Below, piece by piece: positions 19,619 through 30,618 of a stretch of 64,000 bases of DNA. This DNA is from Candidatus Latescibacterota bacterium (GTDB taxonomy: Bacteria; Latescibacterota; UBA2968; GCA-2709665): NCBI GenBank assembly GCA_965219455.1, contig OZ244744.1, positions 2,432,001 to 2,496,000 on the forward strand, given 5' to 3'. A program made the position numbers and the translations under genes. The notes beneath the pieces were generated by a model. The model saw only the letters and a program-made list of their open reading frames with translations. It was not told where the DNA came from and searched no databases. Position 1 is the stretch's first letter. Each line of letters begins with the position of its first letter.

Positions 19619-21148
19619 TCATGCTGCTTGTTTAGTTGTAGGGTGTTGATGGTAAAGGGTCAAAGACAAGGCGAGTATTTTGTGCCCTTCGGGTGTGACG
19701 CGCCACCGTCTGGACCGTGGGATTTTTGCAATAAGGCCGCGGACGTGTAGGCGTTTGAGGCGGCGGCTGGTGGCATTGGCGTGCCGAGTGCGTTGCAGCA
19801 GGGATGCTGGATGTTGGAAGAGGTGTGTTCGGATGTCCTGGTTGCGGAAGCCCATCAGGGCGTGTTCGCCTTTCAACACAGCGGTAAACAGGGCGAGGTC
19901 GGCAGGGTCGGCGGGGTTGAAGCCCCGATAGGTACGTCCCTTGTGCCTGCGTGGCCGCGCCAGTGTGGTGAGGCTTTGATGTCCGGTAGCGGCGTCAGGG
20001 GCTGCGGACAGCGCCTGAAAGTAGCGTTGGTTGGCCGTCAACGAGATTTCCCGATAGCGGTAGAGGTTGGCCACGCCTTTGGCCATGGGATACCAGCCCA
20101 TCACGCGTTGTCCTCGCCGTATGCCCCAGCGGCGGACCTTGAACTGCCTTGGATGGTTGATCACTGTTTCGACGCGTAGTACGCACCCGTGTTTGTCGTA
20201 CATTTTAATCCAGTTCTCGCACATCCGGTGTTTGACTCTTGCGCCTTTGTGGCGTTTGTTTTTGAAGTCCGTGAGGACTTCGCCCTGAAAATTGCCGTGG
20301 AGTTTGCGGCCCAGGAAGGTCAAGATGTCCTGGGGAGAGAAGCACAGCACCGTGTGTCTGAGCAGGTTTTCATACAGCACCTTCAGGGCGTGGGGGCTTT
20401 GGAACATCACGTCGGTGGCGAACTCGGCCTGGTCAACGACCCAGTAGTAGTCCTTGCCCGAAAGCAGGTCGTTGAGCAGGGGGTTGACCTTGCGGGCGAA
20501 CGCCGAGAGAATGCGCGGCCAATTCTTGCCCACAAAACGATCGGCAAAGCGTTGCGCCCGGTCCACATCGGCAATCCATAGAAAAGCGTTGTCTGATTTT
20601 TCATAGGCGATGCCGTGTTGCTCGAGCTTGCGCGCCAAGAACTCGTGGCCATTGAGACAGATCTGCACCACCAGCGGGAACCAGGACTGGATGCGGATAT
20701 GCATCAACCCGAACTCCCGGTCAATCCAGTAAAAGTAGTAGCATAGGCATTTCCGTTGTGCGTTGATCAGGCGAGGCCTTCCTTCCCCTGGAACCAGCTT
20801 GAAACTCTGGCAGCCTTCCAGGGCCCGAAACACACAGACCAGGCCTTGCGTGATCCCATCGTGTTTTGCCAACCGTCGCGCTTCGTCCTCTTTCCTGATG
20901 GTGTTGCGTTGCAGATAGATGAACGGGCGCTCGTGCTTGTTTGCCATCGCCTCCGCGTGGGCTTTGATCGTATCGGAATGCGTCATCACAAAACGCTTGA
21001 AGTCCTTCAACAATAAACCCTGATTGCTGATGAACCGCTCCATCGCAGTTCCAAATCCCAGCGGCAGGTACCCTTTGAACAGAACCCGATCAAAACAGGA
21101 TACCACTCCGGTGATTTTTTCACTACATTGGTCCACGAAGTCTTTCAC
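19619..21148 (-). CDS. Putative non-DDE transposase / Rep-like protein with C-terminal winged helix
   Basis: GTG start 21148 with AGGAGG RBS; FDRVLFKGYL, YFYWIDREFGL, NGHEFL, WIKMYDK..VLRVET, and C-terminal RLKRLHVRGLIAKIPRSRRWRVT. Confidence 0.65.
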   Translation of the reverse strand: MKDFVDQCSEKITGVVSCFDRVLFKGYLPLGFGTAMERFISNQGLLLKDFKRFVMTHSDTIKAHAEAMANKHERPFIYLQRNTIRKEDEARRLAKHDGITQGLVCVFRALEGCQSFKLVPGEGRPRLINAQRKCLCYYFYWIDREFGLMHIRIQSWFPLVVQICLNGHEFLARKLEQHGIAYEKSDNAFLWIADVDRAQRFADRFVGKNWPRILSAFARKVNPLLNDLLSGKDYYWVVDQAEFATDVMFQSPHALKVLYENLLRHTVLCFSPQDILTFLGRKLHGNFQGEVLTDFKNKRHKGARVKHRMCENWIKMYDKHGCVLRVETVINHPRQFKVRRWGIRRGQRVMGWYPMAKGVANLYRYREISLTANQRYFQALSAAPDAATGHQSLTTLARPRRHKGRTYRGFNPADPADLALFTAVLKGEHALMGFRNQDIRTHLFQHPASLLQRTRHANATSRRLKRLHVRGLIAKIPRSRRWRVTPEGHKILALSLTLYHQHPTTKQAA

Positions 21149-21246
21149 GGCGTTCCTCCTTCCATTGATGGCGGTGGGTACCACCATCATAGGGGATGAA
21201 CGCCGTTTTGCATACCCTAAAACTATCTGCTCTTGACTACCACCTA

Positions 21247-21282
21247 TTTGGTTGCGGCTGAGCAAAGCGAAGCCGCGTTAGG
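21247..21282 (-). repeat. GCGGC-loop-GCCGCAACCAAA hairpin, probable 5' boundary or target of the Rep-like element
   Basis: Minus strand: CTAACGCGGCTTCGCTTTGCTCAGCCGCAACCAAA. Confidence 0.45.
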
Positions 21283-21711
21283 TAACTTGGCCCCAGAAAA
21301 ATCCGATTAGCTGCGAGAAACCACCTAACCGTGCGGGAACTTGCATGGGGGGTCCGGTGATTTCTGATGTTGCCACATACAATTCGGTTGGCAAAGCTAT
21401 CCGAAGCGAATAGTGTTTTGGCCGATTTTCTCGGCAACGTCGACGTTTTTACCAGATTCGCCTTTCTGCGCTTAACAGTTTCGGGCAGGCCGACTCATAT
21501 TGTTGGTGGACGGATACCTCCTAAACGCTATTGACGGCTCCACAGGGCGTACTCACGTTCTGGACTGCAATGTTGCGACTTCAATTGTGTATCGACTTCG
21601 TCGGTTAGCAAGGGGAAACAAATCCACCGCTTGGCATCTGCGTCGTCTCGACGTCCACTTCAGCAAACCTCGGACTGTCGACCCGTGGTGAGATATACAG
21701 GAAAGAAGAGT

Positions 21712-22566
21712 ATGGTTGTCCAACCAGAAATTGTAATCCGATCCGTTGCTAGGCCCAAGATTTCCGTCATAGTTGTAAATGTCAACGTTAGAAATTGGCT
21801 AGAACGGTGTCTGAGATCACTGGTCGAACAGGACATTTTCCATTGTATAGAGGTCGTAGTTGTAGACAATGGCTCTTCTGATGGTTCTTGCGATATGGTG
21901 AAACGGATGTTTCCGTGTTGCAAGCTTGTTCAACTGGAAGAAACCGTCGCCTTCGGTGTGGCAAACAATATCGGCGCGCGATATTGTACGGCGCCCATCC
22001 TGCTCTTCCTTAATCCGGACACCCTAGTCTGCGCGGGCAGCCTAAACGCAATGCTACACCATCTTGAAGAGCACCCCAAATGTGGGGCGGCCGGGGGGAC
22101 GATATTTGACGGCGAGGGTAACATGGAACGTTCCATTGGGTCGTTTCCATCCTTGTTAAGCATGGGATTAGATCGCCTGCTCAGGTACGGGGCTCCAGCC
22201 AGGAAGATACTCGGACAACATTCAAACCAGCACTGGGTGGGTTACGACAAGCCACATACCGTCGACTGGGTTACGGGTGCTTATCTATGGACTCGCAAGG
22301 AATTATTCGAGCGGGTCGGCGGATTTGACAAACACATTTTTATGTATTGTGAGGACGTGGAGCTCTGTTATCGGATCCACCAGCTTGGATTCGAGATTTG
22401 GTTTTTTCCCAAAGCGCCAATCATCCATTACCGAGGGAAGTCCCTCGTTCCGCGCTCTCGAAAAAAAATGTTATTTGAAAGCCTACACTATTTCGCCAAC
22501 AAGCACTACAAGTCTCCAAGATTCTGGCTGACCAGATCTGTGTTTTGGATCGTGTCAAGACTGTAA
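21712..22566 (+). CDS. GT2-family glycosyltransferase (WbbL-like rhamnosyltransferase type)
   Basis: ISVIVVN, VVVVDNGSSDGS, FG.ANNIG, LFLNPDT, WVTGAYL, GGFD..IFMYCEDVELC. Confidence 0.9.
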   Translation: MVVQPEIVIRSVARPKISVIVVNVNVRNWLERCLRSLVEQDIFHCIEVVVVDNGSSDGSCDMVKRMFPCCKLVQLEETVAFGVANNIGARYCTAPILLFLNPDTLVCAGSLNAMLHHLEEHPKCGAAGGTIFDGEGNMERSIGSFPSLLSMGLDRLLRYGAPARKILGQHSNQHWVGYDKPHTVDWVTGAYLWTRKELFERVGGFDKHIFMYCEDVELCYRIHQLGFEIWFFPKAPIIHYRGKSLVPRSRKKMLFESLHYFANKHYKSPRFWLTRSVFWIVSRL

Positions 22567-23196
22567 TGTCCAAAATACGCGAAACGGGGTGCGGGATCAC
22601 CGCCGCACCTGCGGGATTGATCGGATTATTTCGGTATTGTCCCGCACTGGACAATATCTGATACCGCTTGTCTTTCAAGTCCGTAACCCAGTAAATGGAT
22701 ACTTCGTCCAAAGGAGTTCATTCGAAATGTCGGGTGATTAGCGACATTTCGAATGCCGGGAGCAATTACCTGCACACGTTCATAGGTGCGCTGGTTAGAC
22801 GGATGATTGAAAACCGAGACATAAAGAGACGTTGGAACCGATCTATGCACGTGTTGGAAAGGCTGCAAAGACGATAGTCTCTTCGGCGAGATCGATGTCG
22901 TCTCATATTTAACGTAGTGCAAACTAACCCTGAAACACGGAGACTGGTTACAATATTAATCGATCATAGGGACTCACAACGTCATGCGTGCACGTTTCGA
23001 AATCTGCTGTCAAATTCAGTGTTGACAGTACCTGCGGTTTCAGTTTTTTGGTGGGATGCGGCAACCAATGGGATTAGCCTTGATTCGTCAAAAATGGCCA
23101 ATCGACAAGGCAGTCAAACGCTGGAGAAATGGGCATTTCCTCCGTTCACAGCGCTTGAGCTCTGCTTTGAATTTCGCAGGTAAGGAAGACGGTCCA

Positions 23197-25683
23197 TTGA
23201 GGAAGCAACGAGCCCAAAAAACAATCCATCCGCCCCAACGTGCATTTCCACTTCCCGCCGCCATCGCCGCAGTGTTTCTGGGTCTCCACATTCTGCCGCT
23301 CTTCTGGCGGCCCAACCCCATGTGGGGCGTCGACTTCCTCTTCTATATGCCCATGCCGGTTCAGGGCCTTTCTATTCTTCTTTTTGTCCTGCTGTTCATC
23401 CCCGTGTTTCGCCAACGAATCCGCTCGTGTGTGCGCAAACTTCCGATTACACTCTGGGATGGTGACCGACGCGTTTGGGTCTCTCGGACCGTGGTAGTGC
23501 TCGTCGCCCTTGCCGCCTTTGTCGCGCTTTCCTCCGCGCGCCATTTCCTCGGCGATGGTTATCTCCTGCTTCGAAAACTGGAAGCGGATACCTTGCAGGA
23601 TCAGTCCCGGGCGCCGCTCAGCTTCGCCTTGATCCGTGCCATGCATCATGCAGGTCGGGCCTTCTGGGAGACCGCCGAGAACACGTACCGAATCTACAGC
23701 TATGCGTCCGGCGTACTCTATGTCCTGTTCAGCTTTCCGGTCGCCGCCGCCCTCGGAAAAAACAAGCAGGAGAAGTCCGTCGTCCTGGCCGTCCTGCTCA
23801 CGACGGGATACATACAACAATTCTTCGGTTACGTGGAGAATTACGCCCTGTACATTCCGGGCCTTTTACTCTACCTCCTCATGGGCCTGTACACCCTGAG
23901 GAACCGGTTGTCCCTGTACGCCCCCGCGCTCGTCTTGGGCATGCTGCTCGCCCTTCACCAGGCGTTCGCCGTCTTTGGACCGTCCCTTCTCTTCCTCGCG
24001 CACCACGCGTGGCGCCACCGGCAGGATGCCAGCCCATCCTGGAAAAACACCGCCGCCACCGTCGCGGCCCTTTGCTGCGTCCTAGTGAGCACCGCCGTCT
24101 TGCTCGAATTGAGCGGCGTCGGCTTCGAGGAGTACCTGGGTCGGATGGGCGGTAGAAATTTCCTGCCACTATTTGCGGAACCGGGCCTTCAGTCGCAATA
24201 CCGGATATTTTCGCTCGCGCATTTCCTCGACTTTCTGAACCAACAATTGCTTACGGCCCCCGTTGCTTGTATGGCCTGCGTCCTGCTTCGGAAAAGAGAC
24301 CTCCGTCATCAACCCTTCCTCCTCATCGCCGCCGTATTCCCTCTCTTCTTCACGTTCCTCGCGAGACCGGAAATCGGCGTCTTTAGAGACTGGGACATTT
24401 TCTCGCTGCCGGCACTGCCCCTAACGCTGTGGGTAGCCACAGCGCTCATGGCACGCAACCGCGCTCGTGAGGCGCTCTTCCATAGTGCCTTCCTCTTGTG
24501 TGGGGCGGCGGCGTTCCATACACTTTTTTGGATCGGCCTCAACGCCAGTGCCGGGCCGGCCGAAGCCCGATTCGTGCACCTGGTGAACCGGCTCACCGGC
24601 ATTTCCGCCGTAAACGGCTGGCTCACCCTGGGCAAATTCCATCGCAAGCAAAACAACACTGATGCGGCGCTCCACGCTTACAAGCGATCGATCGAAGCCG
24701 ACTCGACAAATGCCAACCGATGGATACTCGTAGGCGCCGTCCACAGGGAAATGGGTCATTCCACCGATGCAATTGAATACTTTAAGGAAGCTGTCAACCT
24801 CCGCCCGGACCTCGCCCTTCCATATATGAACCTTGGCGCCGTATTTAGCGATATCGGCCAGTTCGACAAAGCCATCGAATACACCTCAAGAGCCATCGCG
24901 CTACAACCCGACCTCGTCGCAGCCCATGTGAACCTCGGCACAATCTATCGAAAAACCGGGCAACTCGAGAAAGCCATTAAACAACTGGAAAAAGCCGCCA
25001 TGCTTCGACCGAAAGACGCCACCATCCAGGGACATCTCGGCTCCACCTACCGTGATGCGGGACAGAATGCAAAAGCTATCCACTACCTTGAAAAAGCCAT
25101 TTCATTGCGACCCCGTCACATACACACATTGGTGAACCTCGCCATCGCCTGCAGCGACGCGGGGCAGAACGGCCGCGCTATCGAACTCCTGAAGAAAGCG
25201 GTTGCGCTGGAACCCGGAGTCGCGGCCGTCCACATGAACCTCGGCGCGGTGTACAGCAGAATCGGCCAGCACGACACTGGCATCCAATACCTTTCGAGAG
25301 CCCTTCAACTCCAGCCAGACGATCCAATGACTTATCAGAACCTCGGTTTGATTTACAGAGCGCAGGTCCAGTACTCGCTGGCAATACAAAATTTCGAAAA
25401 AGCACTCGACCTTCAGAAGGGCCGTGCAGACGCTGAGCTCTACCTTCACATCGGCGACACGTACTACAAGATGGGAGTGCGTGAAAAAGCGATCTCATAT
25501 TTTCAAAAAGCCATTCAATTCGATCCCAATCATGCAAACGCACATCTGCTCCTGGGCATGACCTATCGAGCCTTGAATCATGTGGAAGAGGCCAGGCCAC
25601 ATTTCGAAAAAGTGTTGAAACTCGAGTCCAACCATCCTCATGCGGCCCAGATCAGACAATGGCTGGAGCGAAACCGCAGATAG
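23197..25683 (+). CDS. Multi-pass membrane (GT-C-like) protein with C-terminal TPR array, copy 1
   Basis: Hydrophobic N-half with LGDGY, FFGYVENY, RDWDIF; about 10 TPRs (A..NLG..Y...G....AI..L.KA..L.P); probable TTG start after AAGGA. Confidence 0.8.
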   Translation: MRKQRAQKTIHPPQRAFPLPAAIAAVFLGLHILPLFWRPNPMWGVDFLFYMPMPVQGLSILLFVLLFIPVFRQRIRSCVRKLPITLWDGDRRVWVSRTVVVLVALAAFVALSSARHFLGDGYLLLRKLEADTLQDQSRAPLSFALIRAMHHAGRAFWETAENTYRIYSYASGVLYVLFSFPVAAALGKNKQEKSVVLAVLLTTGYIQQFFGYVENYALYIPGLLLYLLMGLYTLRNRLSLYAPALVLGMLLALHQAFAVFGPSLLFLAHHAWRHRQDASPSWKNTAATVAALCCVLVSTAVLLELSGVGFEEYLGRMGGRNFLPLFAEPGLQSQYRIFSLAHFLDFLNQQLLTAPVACMACVLLRKRDLRHQPFLLIAAVFPLFFTFLARPEIGVFRDWDIFSLPALPLTLWVATALMARNRAREALFHSAFLLCGAAAFHTLFWIGLNASAGPAEARFVHLVNRLTGISAVNGWLTLGKFHRKQNNTDAALHAYKRSIEADSTNANRWILVGAVHREMGHSTDAIEYFKEAVNLRPDLALPYMNLGAVFSDIGQFDKAIEYTSRAIALQPDLVAAHVNLGTIYRKTGQLEKAIKQLEKAAMLRPKDATIQGHLGSTYRDAGQNAKAIHYLEKAISLRPRHIHTLVNLAIACSDAGQNGRAIELLKKAVALEPGVAAVHMNLGAVYSRIGQHDTGIQYLSRALQLQPDDPMTYQNLGLIYRAQVQYSLAIQNFEKALDLQKGRADAELYLHIGDTYYKMGVREKAISYFQKAIQFDPNHANAHLLLGMTYRALNHVEEARPHFEKVLKLESNHPHAAQIRQWLERNRR

Positions 25684-25815
25684 CAACCCGCACATCTACG
25701 TCCTCGGCAGGATGGCCGGCAGACGAGACGACAACATGTACACCTAAGCTCTGTTCACCGTCGATGACATTGCTTGAGCTCTGCTTTGAATTTCGCAGGT
25801 AAGGAAGACGGTCCA

Positions 25816-28094
25816 TTGAGGAAGCAACGAGCCCAAAAAACAATCCATCCGCCCCAACGTGCATTTCCACTTCCCGCCGCCATCGCCGCAGTGTTTCTGG
25901 GTCTCCACATTCTGCCGCTCTTCTGGCGGCCCAACCCCATGTGGGGCGTCGACTTCCTCTTCTATATGCCCACGCCGATCCAGTTCTACTTGCCGTCCTG
26001 TTGTTCCTCCCCGGGCTCCGCCGCCAAATCCGCGCCTGGATCGCCGCCCTTCCCTTCGCGCTGTGGGGCCGGGGCCGTCGCGTCTGGGTTTCTCGGACCG
26101 TGGTGGTACTCGTCGCCCTTTCCGCTTTTGTCGCGCTGTCCTCCGCCCGCCATTTCCTCGGCGATGGTTACTATCTCCTGAATGAACTAGCCTCACACAC
26201 CTGGCAGAAATCTAACCGGGCACCGCTCAGCTTTGACCTCATCCGCATATTGCATTACGTAGGCCAGACCTTCTGGGTGAGCCCTGAAGTTTCGTACCGA
26301 ATCTACAGCTACGCCTCAGGCGTGCTTTACGTCCTGCTCGCCTTTCCGGTTGCAGACGCCCTCGGGCGGAACAAACTGGAGAAATCCATCTTCCTGGCAT
26401 TTCTGCTCACGGAGGGATACATTCAGCTATTTTTCGGGTACGTGGAGAATTACCCGCTGTATATGCCGGGTCTCCTTCTCTACATCATTCTCGGCTTGCG
26501 GACCCAGAAAGACAAGCTTCCACTCTTCGTACCGGCGCTCCTGCTAGGCATGTTGTTCGCCCTGCATCGAGCCTTCCTCGTCTTTGGACCGTCTTTTCTC
26601 GTCCTTGCCAATTGCGCTTTTCGCCATCGGCATGGTCGCGTATCAATTTGGAAAAACGCAACGACTACCGCCGTGGCACTGTGCTGCGCTCCTGCAAGTG
26701 CTGCCCTCTTTCTCAGTTTCAGCGGCGTCGGCTTCGAGGCCTACCTGGGCCGGACGGGTGATAACGAATTCCTCCCCTTGTTCGCCGAACCTGGCTTTTG
26801 TGAGCAATACCGCGTCTTCTCGCTCTCACACTTTCTGGACTACTTCAACCAGCAACTGCTCGCCGCTCCTTCGGCGTGCATGGTATTGTTCCTGCTGCGA
26901 GGGAAAGTCCTTCGTCATCAGCCGTTCCTGGCCGTGTGCACTGTTGTCCCGCTTTTCTTCACGTTTTTCGCAAACCCGAAAATTGGCGCATTTCGAGACT
27001 GGGACATTTTCTCCCTGCCGGCGCTACCTCTCACGCTCTGGGTAGCGTCCGCGTTCTTGGAAGGAATACGCAACCGAGAGCATCTGTTTCGCGGCGCCTT
27101 TGTGATATGTGGAGCGGCGGCGATGCACACCTTCCTTTGGATCGGGCTCAATGCCAGTGGGGGCGCATCAGAAGCACGGTACATAAACCATATAGACCGG
27201 TTTAAAGGGAACGCTGGGCGCTCCGGATGGGAAAATCTCGGCGTGAGTTATCGGCTGCAGAACAAGACCAATCTTGCGCTAAAAGCCTACGAGCGCGCAC
27301 TCAATGCCAGTCCGGAAGACGCCAGGCTCTGGACGTTGGTGGGCACTGTTCATCGCGACCTCGGCCAGGTACAACGGGGGATAGATCACCTCAAAAAGGC
27401 GCTGGAGATCCAACCCAATTTCGCCGCAGCCCATAACAATCTGGCCACGGCGTACATCGAGTCCGGCAATTATCGATTAGCCATCATGCACCTCAATAGA
27501 GCCCTTGAAATCCGACCCGAACACGCCACCACGTATGTAAACCTCGGAGTCGCATACATTGACGTCGGACAGACCGCCAACGCCATTGAGGCCCTCGAAA
27601 AAGCTGTCTCGCTCCAACCCGACGACGCCACCGCTTATGGCAATCTCGGGGCCGCATACTGCGACATCCGGCAATTCGACAACGCCATGGATTGCCTGAA
27701 AAAAGCCCTTGAAATCCGACCGGATTTCGCATTAGCTCATGCAAACCTCGGGTACGTCTACAGAGTCCGGGGTCAGTACCCGCAGGCGATTGCACATCTC
27801 ATGAGAGCCCTTGGGCTACATGGACAACGGGCAGACGTTGAGATTTACCTTAACATCGGCGACACGTACTACAAGATGGGAGAGCGCGAAAAAGCGATCT
27901 CATATTTTCAAAAAGCCATTCAATTCGATCCCAATCATGCAAACGCACATCTGCTCCTGGGCATGACCTATCGAGCCTTGAATCGCGGCGACCAAGCCAG
28001 GGTTCATTTCGAGAAAACATTGGAACTCGAACCCAAACATCCACAGGCGGCCCAGATCAGACAATGGCTCGTGAGAGCCGGCGAAGGAAAGTAA
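25816..28094 (+). pseudogene. Membrane-TPR paralog, copy 2, frameshifted near its 5' end
   Basis: 25772-25972 is identical to 23153-23353; 10 bp (GGCCTTTCTA in copy 1) are missing after 25983, shifting the frame; the rest is open to 28094. Confidence 0.75.
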
Positions 28095-28097
28095 CTG

Positions 28098-30608
28098 ATG
28101 CGTGATAAATCTGGCTTACTCAGATGGCCGCGTGACATCATTGCCATCTTGTCGGCGCTTTCCGCGTTACTAATCTACTCCCAGTACACCACACTCTTAA
28201 AGTTCGCCGTACTTAGACCAGCCCACAGGTACGCTAGCCTGGCCATATTTATTCCGGTCTTAAAACGGCATGTGCAGCTTGAGATGGCAGATGCGATTGT
28301 GGTAAGCCTGATCTTTGCCGCATTAGTGACCATCATCGTCCTGGAGCTTTGGAAAAAGCGTCTTTCTACATTTCTAAGCAAGGTATTTGAGACCGAGAAG
28401 CGGACACTTTTCGTGTTAGTCCTCGCCTGCCTGTTTTGCGCACGCTTTTATTTTGCGCGGGGAGGATTAGCCTGGGCTGGTGATGCGAACTTTCATATCG
28501 GCTACGCCTGGATTGCCTCCCAGTCCTTCTCCCAAGGAGAGATCCCCATATGGACAAATTACTTTGGCACAGGCGGTCCCTACTGCCAGTTCTATGGGTT
28601 TCTCTTCTTCTACCTGACCGGAGTGGTCAATCTGCTTTTTTCCGATCTGGAGTTCTCACTAAAGTTTGTGATGGGCGTCAGCCATGTGTTTTCGGGGATC
28701 GGGATGTACCTGTTCGTAAGGACGCTCTTCAACAGACAAGCAGGCTTTATGGCAGCACTGGCCTACGTAATGGTTGTCTGGCACACCCAGCAGGTCCTTA
28801 TAATGGGGCGTTTCCCGCTTTCGGTGTTTTATGCTCTGCTCCCCTTTCCGTTCTACTTCTTCGAGCGTCTCAGGGTGCGTACGCCTAGATTGGCGTGTGC
28901 GATGGGAGGTGGGCTTACCCTGGGCATGCTGGCCTTTACACATCCGGGATACGCTTTTTGGGCTACGGCGCTGCTCGGGCTTTACGTGTGTATCCGGCTT
29001 TGGAGCGACACAGACCGCCGCGGGATCCGCGCCGTCTGCTGGCACAGTCTCTTACTGCTAATGGGAGGCCTGGCCTTTGGCGCCTATCTTACACTTCCGA
29101 TGTGGATGGAGCGGGAAAACGCCGGACTGAAGTTTGGGGTCAACCTTTCGGGCCTGCCGGATCCGACCTGGAGCCAGCTTCTCATCTGGTCCAACTATCG
29201 CTTCCGCCTTTTTTTCATAGAAGCCAACCACTGGTACGGAGGATATTTGGGGCTGTCACTGATCGCGCTGTCTCTGGTGGGGCTAACCAGCTCGCTGCTG
29301 TTTTGGAGGCGCCTGACGCCCCCGCACCGCCATGCCTCCACGGAACGGACGGGCACGAAAGTGACATTGGCTGCAGACCTGCCAGCGAAATCGTGGCCAG
29401 CAACGGCCTGCTTGATTGTTTCCCTCTTGTTGGTTTTTGGCTATCGGTGGCCGCTGTTAGGGTCCCTTAGCGTCGTTCAGGCATTCAACGCGGGGCGATA
29501 CCTGCTTTTTGTTGTATTCTTTTTATCCGTAACGGTCGGGGTGGGTACCGTCGCCCTCGTCCGCTTTTGTCGCAGTCGGGGAACGGGAATCGATATTTTC
29601 GCGATTCTGCTGTTAATCGTGGTCGTAGATTTGGGACCGACAACCTTCCAACAGCCCTATATCCGCTACAGTGCTCTAAAACGACCCCAGCTCATAGACA
29701 CCAAAACAACCCAATTTTTGCGGAGCGAGGCTGCCCAATTCCCGAATGGTGAAATTCCCAATTACCGGAGTTTTTATGCAACAGACACTGACTATCGTCC
29801 ATTTTCCATCTCGTACTTGTCTATCAAGACGGGCTTAGTGACTTTTCTGGGCTTATTTAACGAGGCGCCAATGGCCACGAATATCTTCTGCCATCCCCTG
29901 GAGAAATCGCTGAATCCTGCAATCAGAAAGGCGGAGAAGCTGGAATCCCCCGTCTCTCAGAAATTCGGACCCCTAAGAGACGGGCTCTACCTGCTGAACA
30001 CAAAGCGCTTTCTGGCCCGCCACTCCAGAAAAAAAAATACATTAATGAACTGGACGATACCTGATGTTTCCCCAGTTGTCATCTCTTCAAAGGTCGCCGG
30101 CTGGGATCTTCCGGCGAGGAACCATGTAGACACTCAAGCTCAGTTGGCATTCTTACAACTCGTGAAGGCGATGGGCGTAAACCAGGCGGCAAACACCTGT
30201 GACCAGATTTTACTAACAGGGCATACGTCCAGTGAAGATCTGGGAACCTCACCCTCTGTGAAGGTACTGGAGCACCGGGCGTGGAATCAGCGCGTGGAGA
30301 TGCTCATCCGCACCTCCAGCCCCTGCTTTGCCCGCTTGGCCTATGCATATTATCCCTATCTGAGCGTCACCGTGAACGACAAGAAGGTGGTGCCGTACCA
30401 GACGGCTGGACGGTTCATCGCCCTTCGGCTAGGCGAGGGAGAGCAGCATATTGTGCTGGAACCCGTGCTGTCTCCACTGAGACGTGGATTGCTTATCCTC
30501 AACCTGGCGATGGTCGGTGCCTGCCTCGCCTACTTCGGATGGAGGGTTCGCCACAGTTGGCCGATGAGGTATTTCCTTAAGAACAAAGGCAAAAACCACG
30601 AAAGTTGA
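28098..30608 (+). CDS. GT-C-like membrane protein (PTPS-related membrane domain / YfhO-like)
   Basis: GD..FH, PIWTNYFGTG.PY.QFYG.LFFY, GRFP, C-terminal AYAYYP...TVN; many TM helices. Confidence 0.75.
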   Translation: MRDKSGLLRWPRDIIAILSALSALLIYSQYTTLLKFAVLRPAHRYASLAIFIPVLKRHVQLEMADAIVVSLIFAALVTIIVLELWKKRLSTFLSKVFETEKRTLFVLVLACLFCARFYFARGGLAWAGDANFHIGYAWIASQSFSQGEIPIWTNYFGTGGPYCQFYGFLFFYLTGVVNLLFSDLEFSLKFVMGVSHVFSGIGMYLFVRTLFNRQAGFMAALAYVMVVWHTQQVLIMGRFPLSVFYALLPFPFYFFERLRVRTPRLACAMGGGLTLGMLAFTHPGYAFWATALLGLYVCIRLWSDTDRRGIRAVCWHSLLLLMGGLAFGAYLTLPMWMERENAGLKFGVNLSGLPDPTWSQLLIWSNYRFRLFFIEANHWYGGYLGLSLIALSLVGLTSSLLFWRRLTPPHRHASTERTGTKVTLAADLPAKSWPATACLIVSLLLVFGYRWPLLGSLSVVQAFNAGRYLLFVVFFLSVTVGVGTVALVRFCRSRGTGIDIFAILLLIVVVDLGPTTFQQPYIRYSALKRPQLIDTKTTQFLRSEAAQFPNGEIPNYRSFYATDTDYRPFSISYLSIKTGLVTFLGLFNEAPMATNIFCHPLEKSLNPAIRKAEKLESPVSQKFGPLRDGLYLLNTKRFLARHSRKKNTLMNWTIPDVSPVVISSKVAGWDLPARNHVDTQAQLAFLQLVKAMGVNQAANTCDQILLTGHTSSEDLGTSPSVKVLEHRAWNQRVEMLIRTSSPCFARLAYAYYPYLSVTVNDKKVVPYQTAGRFIALRLGEGEQHIVLEPVLSPLRRGLLILNLAMVGACLAYFGWRVRHSWPMRYFLKNKGKNHES

Positions 30609-30618
30609 AGCGTACGAG

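Noticed and set aside
22567-23150. Short ORFs between the GT2 and TPR genes, and at 21290-21700
   Set aside because: No recognisable motifs or RBS; possibly decayed genes, but unsupported.
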